Shown here one piece after another: positions 52,350 through 64,000 of a stretch of 64,000 bases of DNA. The stretch comes from Chrysomallon squamiferum (Eukaryota; Animalia; Mollusca). The notes beneath the pieces are model-generated. The model saw only the letters and a program-made list of their open reading frames with translations. It made no database searches and was not told the origin of the DNA. Every line of letters starts with the position of its first letter. Position 1 is the stretch's first letter. The stretch lies in NCBI GenBank assembly GCA_012295275.1, contig CM022678.1, forward strand, positions 17,856,001 to 17,920,000, given 5' to 3'. The translations under genes and the position numbers were made by a program.

Positions 52350-55300
52350 GCAGCAGTTGCTTGCAATACATTTTTCTTCACTGCCACCTTCATATTTGTC
52401 TTTAAGAAATAGATACTGCTTTAGCACATATGACAGCTTGAGTCATAGGGATGTTTAATCTTTGTGCTAAGTCTAATAAATTTACTGGTTATGCTTTCAT
52501 TTAGGACAGCATATTTTTGTTTCTAAAGTTACTGTGTTCCGTTTCTTTTTATCATTAGCATTCACCAATGTAATATCTATTTGTTTTGACATATTTGGAA
52601 GGGTAAATTACAAAAACACTAAGCAGTGGTCTCCCCAGCATTTGTGAAAGGGACGGGGGGAATCGGCATAACTGGTGCAAGTTAAACGAAGTGATGGTAC
52701 AGAACAATGTTCAAATTATTTGTTTGTCAAACATACTCCTATAAATAATTGCATCAAATGCATTAAGTGTTATTTTATTTGCAATCAAATAAATCAAAGT
52801 GTCTGTTGCAAGCGAGTTTTCTTTGGTTGTTCTGTGAATTATATTCTTTACAAAATTATATATATGTAGTTTTGTAACCTTCTGTATAAATTATGAATGC
52901 ATGTGTGTATGTGAAATGTGAGATCATTTTTATTGCTCTAAAATAAAAGATATTTGCGCAGTTTGATAATGAATATGAGAATGTGACGAGTTGGTGATGC
53001 GCTGTTAATAATAAATAATAATCTGTTTTTGAATTATTATACAGTTGCATGTTAAAAAACGTGTAGTGATCATGTGCAGTAATTTAGCTCTGCAAAGCCT
53101 GCTGCAGTAGCCTTGATTACACAGCCATACAGTTAGCATTTCAGACAAATCGGAATGCCTCCCTTTGAAATACTAGAGGGGGTAATTTGTAAACATGACA
53201 GTCATTGCTTACATCTATTTTGTTTAAGAACAAGGCAGGTGAACTGCTGACACCAAAGGTGTAAAACAATGACATGACAGCCAGTCTAAATAAACGGGTG
53301 GCGGGTGTTGCTGCTGTTGCTGACGAATAGCGGGCGAACTCATCATAAGCCGTAAGTGATGCCAGCCTGCCATCTCTTACAGTATGTAGCGAGACCTGTG
53401 CTAAGTCTAAATGGAAGGAGAAGAGAAGATAATCTGAACACCACATGCACATATGGTGTCTGCATGCCAACTGATCAACACAGCTGAGGGAAACTTTACT
53501 GCATGGCTGAATGAAAAATGAACAGACACATGCATTGTTAAAAAAAGATCATTAAAGCGGGATATCAGAATATGTTAAGCTAAGGGAGGTATTACTGCAA
53601 TATATTGTAATATGCACATACATACATAATAAAAATCACCACATGGGCAGAATATCTGTAATAAGCAAACCATGTATTTGATTATGCAATTGGTATACAA
53701 TGACAACAATAACGAAAATATGAAAATAATACAATTTTTATTTTTATTTAGTTTTTAACTTTAACTTTTTAACTTTTTTTTTTAGAGGTAAAAGACAGTG
53801 ATAATTTATTCACTGATGTGTGTAAATGATATAATCATTTTAAACAGAATTAAGTTCCACATACATTTAGGTCAATCTCACAATGCGGAAATTCACTTTA
53901 TATCAAGCTCCCCTATTCAGAAATAACCTTGGTGATATCATCAGACACCATAAATGCAATTTCTGCTGTGCATAGATTGCCTTGTAGAGATCACCCTTCT
54001 GCACATTCATACATATATATAAAATATATAGTATTTCAAGTTAAAATAAATTATCTGTGGTGAACTTTAATTCATATTTTGGTACAGTATTTTGATAAAC
54101 CACTTGTGATGATATAGAAAGGGCATATAAAGCTGCATAAACTCATGTAAGATTATGTCTTGTTACTCGACCAATTGCTAAAAATTAATGGTCATTCCAT
54201 GAAAAATCAGTCAATTAGTGGAACATTATAAACCAACCAGTTCAGATTTTGATAAAATCTACATTATGTTGACAAATATTTCCAAGATGATCTCACTACA
54301 AGCAAAATACCTTTAAATTCCATTTCCTGCATGGTGTAGATGCCATAGCTTTTATGAGCAGCTGGAAAGGACCACCAGTGCTTAAAATGATTATAGTATT
54401 AAAATACCTTAATCAAGTTAATATAAAAACTGGTTATCATTCAGTGCATGTTATTTATTTTTAATAACTTTTAGTTTGAACATTGTTCTTCTCTGTTCAG
54501 ACTTCTACCATATCTAACATATGAAAAGGTTCAGAAATGAACAAATTATGAGAAATATTTCATTGCCGTTAATTCAGTTTGAGACAAGTTCTAAATAAAA
54601 CTACAATTAACTAGAAAAAAAGAAGAAAAAAAAAGACTAAAAGTTTTGGGGCACATGGTTCAGTTCATCCTGACACTGTCTAGGACAAGCTGTACTTGCC
54701 TACTAGGCAAAAAACTATGTGTTATTCTGTGTCAAATTACCCAATGGGTTAAACTGGACCATCTCAGATTTTTATGAGTCTTGGTATACTTGTTTTGAAA
54801 AATTTTAGTGGTTTGGGACCAGCTCACCAAATTTTGAGATGTTTGTCCACCAACATTTGAACCCTCATATCTCAGGAACTGCTGGGCTAATCTTCATAAA
54901 ATTGGTATTTTTTGAAAAGGCAATATGACCAGGATTCCAAATCTGCCATTGTTGTTCAGTTTGAAGACTATTGCAGTATACTGACATATTAACTAAAACA
55001 TATAAAAGGTTTTTTTTTATTTAGCATTATAGATTTTGTAAGATGAAATTTAATATTTTTGAAATAATTTGATTTTTTGCATACAGTGTCAACTATTCAA
55101 CATTTTCATTTTTAAATGTTTACAGTTTTTTTTTTCAAAATGAAAAGAGAAAAGAAATAAACCACACCCCCAAAAAAAAGTCGAAAACCCCATCACAACA
55201 AACCTGAATATTTTCAAATATATATAAAAAAGAGAGGGGAAATAAATATAATTAACAGAAATATTTTTTGATTATAAGTAAATGTTAGTATTAGCAGTTT

Positions 55301-57247
55301 CTGTTCTAACATTGAAATAAAATTGTTTAACAATAATTGATTCAACAAAATAAAAAAACAAATGAATGGAAAACAAAACAAGAACAACAAACTGAAACAA
55401 TTATATATATTTTTTTTTGCAGGTTTGACGATGTTAGCAGATGCAGCCAGTGGTGTTATCAGTCAAAGTTACACATTCCGTTGTTCTTCAACCGACACTA
55501 TCACTTACCCTGTGTTATTTGTGAGGGACGGAAATTCTGTGTGTTCAGTCCTGCCAAGCTGTGCTGAAGCCAGTGCTCTTCCTGGTTACTCTTGTAAATG
55601 TGCTGGTGACACAGGAATTTCCAAATTCTTCAATATGACAATCAACAATGTCAGTCTTGTAGATGAAACTAGCTGGACATGCAACCATGATAGAAGTATT
55701 AGCAAGCTAGTTTATTTCCAAGTTGACAGTAAGTTATTTGTTTTTAATTTGATAAAGTAATAGATTTTATTTATTTTGAATTTTATTCTTTGTTCCAGTT
55801 GTGTATTTATATAATAATTATTCCATTAAAGAATTATGTGGTATGTATAACTGTAAAATTAGGAAAGAAAAAATACTTTTCTCTTTTAATATCTCTTTTA
55901 ATTTTTTATATATAAATGTCAGCAGTGCTAATCATTATGGAGTTTTAATCTGATATATGAGATAGGCTATTTCTTAAGTTGGTGATGTAGTTCCATATTG
56001 GCATATCTCTGTTTTACATTAGTGATGGTGACCATCTTGGATTTTGGGCTTAAAAATTTGTTACCTAAGATTTTTATTTACTTCTGAACCAAGCGAAGTC
56101 AAAATGATCACTCACTATTGCAATTTTGGCATCTGATTCCTATGTGAAATTCATGCATGGTGGTCTAAATTATACAAAAAAGACAAGCATAAATTTCTTG
56201 CCTGAAGTATGGAACTTTGCCCATTTGTTTCCTTATTCTGTAAAATATATTGTCAAGTTGAAATATGTGAAAACTTCAAGCACTTACTTACATCCTAGTT
56301 AAATGAAATGAATACAGAGTGTGTGTGTTTGAGTGATAATCATATTTGTCTACACCTTTATATTTTGTGTTAAGAACCATGTCCAGTTTATATTAGGCAT
56401 ATTTGTTTTAAAATGTCATGTCAAAAATGAAGAATGATGGTAACAGCCTTTGCCTTTTCTTTCTTGTAATTTGAGTAATGCTTACCTGTTGGAATAGACA
56501 GCTTAATTTTTCCTCCCATATTTTAGTTCAGTTCTTCAACTGATCTGTCAGTATAAACATGTATGCACTGATCTTGAGAATAGGCACTGTCATCTGTAGT
56601 CCTCTCTGTGTTTTCATCTGGTATACAGCCTTTTGAATATCTGGAAAGTACTCTCTTCCATGCATGAAATACAAAGTACATGCAGACTTTTTTTTATCTT
56701 GTTGTGATGAACTATGAATTATTTTTTTTTGTATCGTTCATGCCTGATGGATTTGTTGTTGTTTTGGCATTTTGGGGCTATGCTAGTGCATTTGATTACC
56801 TGTGATTCACAGACCAGACTGCAGTCGAACATGATCCACAGAAAGTTGGCTCTTTATCTAGAGGTAATATTTCCTTCAGTTACGAAGCTGAGTTTTAGTT
56901 CTTTGTTGGCCAAGCTAATGATATATGTAATTTTCTTTTTTATTTGAATATCCCAGCCATGCCTTTGAATTTTTCAGTTGTGTGCAGAGCTTCTCACATT
57001 TGCTGTTGTAACTCGTTCTTCTGAATAACATATAACCAGGTAGTCTGCATATATTGCTCCATAAATCCAAGTGGGGTATCCTTTAATCTATCATTATTAT
57101 AAAATGTTCAAGAGAGTTGCTCCGAGAAGTCCATGTACAAATTTTTCTTTCTACATTCTTGGTCTTTTGAACATGTACAATGTTAGAATCTTTAGATTCA
57201 ATTCCTCATTCCAGTCTTTGTCAAAAGACTGCAAATGTAGGATATCT

Positions 57248-57302
<55 letters not shown>

Positions 57303-60300
57303 TTGAATCCACTCTTAATCTTGTCATATGGAGGGATCTGATCTTTAGTGGATCCTTTTTATCAGCTTTCCTACAGAGCATTTTAAATTGATGGCACTGA
57401 AGTGGTTTTAGTTTATACTTTTCTATTTTGTGGATTCATATTTTGTTGATTTTCTCTCGGATTGTGCTACAGAGCTATTGACTCAGCTAGCACTGAATAT
57501 CTCTAAAAGAATGTTTTGGGTATCTTTTCCCTGATACTAGAGCATTTCATTAGTGATATCCGTTTGGGGTGGCAAATGTTTGCTTGGTCAAGGACTTTTC
57601 GTTTAATAATTTCTGTAATTTCTGATTGTATTGAACAACAGCTGTTGCAGATACACAGGCTCAAAAACTTCTTTCCTTCTCTGTCCAGATTCAGTTTTGT
57701 CTTTCTTTTCTAGTTTCGACAAACAGTCATTCCGTGTCAAATCACCCAATGGGTTAAACCTGATCATCTCAGATTTTTAGATTTGGTGTACTTGAAGATT
57801 GGCCCAGTAGTTCCTGAGAAATGAAGGTTTAAAGGTTGATTATTTGTCCATTTTGGCCAAACAATCTAGAATTTTGGGGACCATATCTCCCACACCACTG
57901 GTTGACTTGGCGTAACATTTGTGGTGTGGAATCCCAGTCAACAAGTAATACCAAGTTTCATGAAAATCTGAGATTGTCAGGTTTAAAATATCTTTTTTGG
58001 GGGGTGATTTGACACGGAATGACCCAAACGCTGTTTTGGGCTTTGCAGTTATTGCCTTCAGTTGCATGTTGTTTTTGACTGTTGGTTCCAATTCCACTAT
58101 TTCTGTAGCTTCATATAACAGACATCTAAAAACAGTAGGTCATCTGTCCAGTAAGGTGTACAATTTCTTCTGGCTCTTCTTCAGATGATTTCCTTTGCCA
58201 TTTATTACCAAGAACATCTTACAAAATAAATGGTATATATGTGATCTGTTAAACAATCATTATCACTAAGCACATAAATCATTTCACACCATTGTTGATT
58301 TCACCAAAGATTTCTATCATATTTGCTTTGTTACTGGTATTATTATTATCTTTTTTAAACATTATATCTGACAGTGTAAAGTAATTAACAAGTGGGTTTT
58401 ACTATATTTGACCAATTATCATTGACACTGCTCTGATTTTACATAATGCACATATCAGTTTTGTGTGACAACCACATTGAAATAAGAATTACAATTGTAT
58501 ATATTACAGGAATTTAGATGAGATTTCAAATTAATTCGGTTTTCAGACACAGGTTAGAGTAACTTAGTGTTTAATACTGTTGACTCAGTTTTGATGGTAA
58601 TGGCATTTATCAACATTTGTGTCTGAACTGTTTAGTGTGTAAATATGAGGGGTGTTCACCTGGTTTTATTTCATCATAAATATACGAGTGTAAACAAGTG
58701 TTTGGTAATATTTGCAGTGCCACTTTTCATTTATTCAAATTCGAGTTACCCAATTGCATTGCAATATAGTTTACACTATCTGTAGATCCAGAATCTATAT
58801 TCTAGCAATTTAGAGCAAGTTTTATGCAAATCATATTGTTATATATTTCAAATTAATTTTGGACCTATAATGCTGTATTTTACCAATTTAAAACAGTTTA
58901 GTGTTAGGTAGATGGCATTGGAAAAAAAAGACAACTGGGAAACGTCAGCTGAAAAAACAAAACAAACCAACCAACAAAAAGAATGACTGGAAATATGGAA
59001 AAAAAAAGAACTGTGCCACCTATTACAACCATTATAACACTTGAGACATATCTTAAAAGTTTTTACAATCTACATTTAATAGATATTGCCAGGTATGATA
59101 ATATTTGTATTTTGTGTGTAATACAAATATTTTTCATGGTGTAATGAAAATGAAAACCATTACAATAAAATCATATAAAATGTATTAATAACTGATTTGT
59201 TAAAAAAAATACAAGAAAGAAAACAACAAAAATTCATATTTTACACACTTAAAATGACACTTGTTTAAACAAGAGGCTGATCATTGTAAATTAGTAGATT
59301 TAAAAATATATATATGTTCTGAATTTAACACTGGAAATGTCTTCAAGTGTTCATAAAAAAAATATGTTAAACTGAAGATCTAAAATTAATTCTAGAAAAT
59401 GTGTATTTAATTAGTAATAAATAAACAAAAAAGAAAGCAAAAACAATAATTACATAAAAATCATGTTTAGAAGGCAACATCTGTACAATCAGAAATGTTT
59501 TAAAATTACAGAGGTAAAGGTTTCCTAGAATAATTTTATATCCCAAGTAGAACATTATAACAATATAACAATATATATAATCTAGTACAATTTTTACTAA
59601 ATTGTCTTAAACACTTCTTTTGCCGACTTTCTTACTTTGTGCAAATTTTTGTGACATATCTGCTTCATTGAAATAGGGATTCTTTATTTCATTATTAATT
59701 TTTTATATATATATATTTTAATTTAAAATCTGTTTAATTTTATTTTTTTTATCTGATTGAAGTCAAACCTATTTGAAATTATTAAAATGTGCAGTCATAA
59801 GCTGATAACAATATAGTTTTGCCAGTTAATTAAAATAACTGTTTTAAGATCATTTAATAAGAGCTATATCTTGTTTTCTGTTTGTTAATATTTGCTATTT
59901 GAAACAAACTTAATAAACTGTGTTTTATGGTTTGATTACATCATAAGGAATAGCACAGTAAATTTTCTTTATTTTCCTTTTCCAGCTCCAGTTAATTCTG
60001 TGAACACGAACATTTCTGGATCAAGACCAAACTCACTTAGCATCACCGAGGGAAACTCTGCTGTTTTTACCTGTGTTGTACAGGGAGCCAAACCAGCATC
60101 GACTGTTTCACAGATCTTGTGGTACGTAGACAGTAACAAGCTTCCTGTCAGCATCACTGGATCTCCCACTACTACTGACAGACTGACAACATTAAGTGTG
60201 ACGTACACAGCCAGCAGAGAACATGATGGTCAGAAAGTTTTCTGTGCTGCAGAAAATAAGTTGATGATTGACCAAAGAATCCCTGCTGTCAGCTCAAGTA

Positions 60301-60324
60301 ACAAAATTGAACTACATATACAAA
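50545..60324 (+). CDS. Immunoglobulin-superfamily secreted or cell-surface protein (leader + V-like + C2-set); 3' end not defined
   Basis: Phase-1 exons 50545-50611 (MSDVGKLCLILILFFSQFENIS, signal-like), 55423-55728 (YTFRC...FNMTINNVSLVDETSWTC) and 59986-60324 (EGNSAVFTCVVQGAKPA...ILWY...REHDGQKVFCAAEN). All are open and join in frame. Confidence 0.8.
50930..53597 (-). mobile_element. Decayed Tigger (pogo family, TIGD1-like) DNA transposon in intron 1 of the Ig gene
   Basis: DDE_1 remnants IFNVDETEL.W..MPARSYI, GGNSAGDCKLKPLLV, LPVIWKANENAWVTASLFEDWF, LLLENNAPGHP, PPNTT, QGIIAAFKAYY at ~52200-51700. Putative 5' TIR CAGTAATACCTCCCTTA starts at 53597; the 3' TIR was not found. Confidence 0.85.
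54721..54990. mobile_element. Degenerate partial copy of the 57725-58025 MITE family
   Basis: gttattctgtgtcaaattacccaatgggttaaactggaccatctcagattttt matches the left end of the 57725 element. Confidence 0.7.
56480..58230 (-). mobile_element. Highly decayed non-LTR retrotransposon ORF2 (I/Nimb/Jockey-like RT) remnant
   Basis: Minus-strand remnants DITNEML...ILLEIFSAS*, INLKCSVGKLIKRI and YGAIYADYLVICYSEERVTTANVR (YADD motif region). Many stops and deletions. Confidence 0.7.
57725..58025. mobile_element. ~300-bp MITE, Sola-like, nested in the LINE remnant
   Basis: TIRs GTCATTCCGTGTCAAATCACCC...GGGTGATTTGACACGGAATGACCC, with 4-bp AAAC on both sides (57721-57724, 58026-58029). Confidence 0.8.
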
Positions 60325-61891
60325 GTGATCACCATTTTTTATTTGTATTTTATTTCAAATGTAATACATGTTGTGTGTGTATGTGTTTCTGCGTGTGTGT
60401 GTGTGTGCGTGTGTGCGTGCGTGAATGTGTGGTTTTTAGTAACAAGTCTGAAAGTAACCAGCACCTAACAAATACTGTTTATTTGAAATGTATGATTTGT
60501 AACATTTTGATATTAACAATGATTTAGATTTGTTGTACAGAACTGATTCGGTGCTGTTAACTGTAAAATAGTGTGCATGTGATTTAAGATTAATTAAATC
60601 TCACTGTAATGGAACAAATATCAGGAATATTCTTCAGAGAATGATTTGTTGACCTATTCAGAAATTATTCAGGCAGCAAGATCTTGAAATATGACCAGAT
60701 GAATAATTATGTCCCAGTCAGTAAGTTAATTTTGATACCAGAGTCTATTCTTACTGGCTTCATTGCAGAGTTTTATTTGGCTTTGAATAACATGAACAAA
60801 TTAAAATATGGCAAATTAGAAACAGTTTGATCAAATTTAGTGACAGGTCTGGTATATTTTCATTTGTGACACGATACCACCTCCATCCAGGCATTCCATC
60901 GCGATGACATTCTCATAACTCCTGTAGACCAGAGTATGGTTTACACTAAAACTGCTATTGCCAGAGAAAACTTGAACAAGCTAAGCTGGAGATTGAACAA
61001 AAAGCCAAAAGGCTCAAGTTGAATCATAAGGCAAAACCAGAGAACAAAAGTGTAGGTGGTAAAACAACCTTGGTGCACAGAGCTGCTAAACAAACCAAAA
61101 ACTCTGATTTAAAAAAAAAAAATCAACCCACTGGCAACAGCTTAGTGGTTCCCTAAGTTTCATAAAAATATTTTCCGGATTTGTTTTGTCAGGCTGTTCT
61201 CATCTATGCCAGTGCATCATGAAATGTAGAGACGCCTGCATCAGCGTCACACAAATCCAGGCCATTTTCCAGAGAAGGGATACAAGAGACTAATAATAAG
61301 ATAAATCAATATTCTGGTGTCAAGTGATGTGTCAGGCCTGTGTTAGAATGTTTTCAGAAACCTCTCAGACACTGCAGACTGCACAATTCCAAGTAGTAAG
61401 TTTTTTTATCTTATTTTTATTTCTTAGTAAATAAAATAAGTTTTATAGTAACAAATCTTTACTGATTGTAAAACAGCATAATAATAATCATTTAGTAGCA
61501 ATTGTTTTGTTAATTATTTAAATTATTACCATTATCATCATTATCATTATAATGATTATACAAAGTATATCAAAAATATCCCACACCCCTTTGTGGTTCA
61601 ATAATCCAGTAAATCTTACCTGTACGATTTAAATTTTAATAATAACAGAAACATTAGCTATTTATTTATAAGTTTATTATTTTTATTATTTTATTTTGTA
61701 TTTTTTTCAGAATGCACATACAGCTCTAATTGATGCTGATATTGGCTAGTGAAGGTGTTTCAGTAGAAGGTGCTGTCCAGCACTGATTTTTTTTTTAATT
61801 ATTATTCTAAACCTAATGAAGTTTAATTTAATTTAATGTAGGAAGTTGCATTGTGTAACACACATTAGAATCTTGTGTCATACACTACATT

Positions 61892-61968
<77 letters not shown>

Positions 61969-62374
61969 CAGTTCCATTCATTATAGACTTCTTTAATTTG
62001 TTATAAGTTTCTACATTTTAAAACAAAAGAAGAAGGACCATCATAAGTTATGAGTATTTTAAAATATTTAACTTTTCTGTTACCAGACTGGAACTGTCAG
62101 CCTTCACACAGTGTCACTGTTCCTGTGATGACAGACACACTAAAATACATTGGAGATGGATGTACTTTAGGTGTTGTCTATAGTTTCTATTGTCTGCAGT
62201 CTCTCAATTTTCGTGGTTGGTTTAATACACATTTTTTGTAAATAAAACAATGTATCAGGTTGTAATTTTAAAATATATGAATCTTAATAACTAGTTAATC
62301 AACATATTTCATATTATAATATTAGGTTTGGTTTTCTTTTTTGGTTTTTAATAATATATGTTTTCAAATATTTT

Positions 62375-62434
<60 letters not shown>

Positions 62435-62822
62435 AGATGCATATATAACTACAAAGGTAAATAAAATAACGACTTGTTTTTCAGAAACTGCTCTGTATAT
62501 AAGATGAGCTAATTCTGTGAGCTCACCACAGGAGAGAAATGTCATCAAAGAATATGGCAAAACAGTTATAGTAATTATAATAATATTAGTATAAAGAAAT
62601 ACAGGCATAGGAGTGATAATGAAGAGAGTAAAAAATCACTTTTATTATTAATGGATAGAAATTTTAGCAATAGGAGTATTATTTTAATAACAGTAACCCT
62701 AGTTGAATAATGAATAATAATAAATATTAATTACAGTAATGATGGTTTTAAAAGTAGCATGTAGTATTGCACTAAATGTAGTGGTAGCATTATTTTATTT
62801 ATTTTATATTTTTTACAATATT

Positions 62823-62865
<43 letters not shown>

Positions 62866-63112
62866 CTCAAACTAGGCAATGCACCCACCAATGTGACTCT
62901 GACTCAGAGTTGTTCAAAGTTCTGCTGATGAAGAGCTAAATTTTGGTGACCTGGATGTTGAAGCCGACCTCATCAACAATTCTTAAGTTGGAGAGTCTTA
63001 CACCAGGTCACCAGTCTCAACAGTCAAATATCAGGGAGAAAAAACTTGAAAAACTTAAACATGCTAAAACCAGGCGAAGAGAAACACTGTGCATGGCAAA
63101 GACAAAAGCCTG

Positions 63113-64000
63113 GAAGTTAAGCAACAGGTGACTTAGAATACTTCCATTAGCATTGTTTTATTTCTTTTTAGCTTATATTTGTAATAGGAGTAGTCAAAAC
63201 AGTTTCATTTTTAACTCACAAAAATTCAGCTAAGAAGTACATGGTTAAAGGAGTGATGTTCAGTTATTCATGAAATCAGTTCATAAAGAAAAACTAATCT
63301 ATATTAATTTTGTTTAATGTGTTTCTGAATGAAAAATTCTTCTTTAGCTTTAATTATGTGATTCAAATTCATCTTTATTTTAGACATATTTGCTATCTCT
63401 GTAATCTATTTAAATTTAATTAATATTTTATTTTTAATATTTACTTTATTTTATATATTTATTTTTTAAAATACTGACATTCAAAACTTCTCTGCGTGTA
63501 GATCATAAACATTTAAATTAATAGCAGATATAGATCTGACCTTCATTCCATTGAAGAATCTAACTACCAGAAGTAATTATTTTAGATTTGGTACTAAATG
63601 TCTTTCTTTCATTTTTATTTATGAGATATATTCCTGCCACAGTTTTAGGCTCATCATAAATAATTATTAGTAGCCAGGATGCCTGCCAAAATAGTCTGCT
63701 AGATCATTGTAGAAGTTCAAGAAGAAAGAGGAAATAAAAGAGAGAAATATACTCAGTGAATATAGATATAACAAACTGTAAGCTGGAAACAATTTTGAGT
63801 TTGTTAATTGTGGCTAATCCAGCTTTACTTCCAAAATTGCTAAATTAGTAATCTTGTTTTGCAAACATAATTGTGCAAGCTGAAAATAAATCTCTTTCTA
63901 GTTTTGTAGGCAATTATGACAAAAAAGACCTGAAGATGACAAATTCTTCTGATACTCTTACTAGCCAGTCAGAGCAAGTCAATAAAGGAGAAACATATTC
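63113..64000. repeat. Direct duplicate of 23912-24770, running off the window
   Basis: Collinear similarity as listed for the first copy. Confidence 0.95.

Noticed and set aside
53141-53470. 109-aa minus-strand ORF
   Set aside because: Lies in the probable 5' non-coding part of the Tigger element and has no domain features.
60850-63130. Further exons of the Ig gene
   Set aside because: Exon-like patches (60850-61080, 62876-63127) contain stops and no Ig or TM signature. 62087-62170 is open and phase-compatible but unsupported.

Overview
AT-rich, microsatellite-dense eukaryotic DNA with GT-AG introns. It is an invertebrate animal, plausibly a mollusc or other lophotrochozoan (inferred from repeat and domain style, not proven). 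I see no prokaryotic operon, CRISPR array, rRNA or tRNA, and most ORF-track entries are artefacts of simple repeats. Exons reconstructed by hand give: (1) the 3' part of a spliced, divergent protein-kinase gene with no activation segment and tandemly duplicated cassette exons (95-3691, +); (2) an apparently intact immunoglobulin-superfamily gene with leader, Cys-rich V-like and C2-set exons (50545 to at least 60324, +); (3) a candidate spliced 42-aa micropeptide gene built on a 39-bp PMEVD-coding minisatellite (about 20260-21300, -). Between these lie broken gene fragments: a DEAH11/12-like helicase N-terminus, three prolyl 4-hydroxylase alpha pieces, RI-like LRR exons, and single EB-like, TSP1 and Ig C2 exons. 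They are mixed with DNA transposon remnants (hAT/Buster with a perfect TSD, Tigger, pogo-PHD, MITEs), a LINE remnant, minisatellites and several intra-window duplications. All family calls come from motifs recognised by eye; no database search was run.
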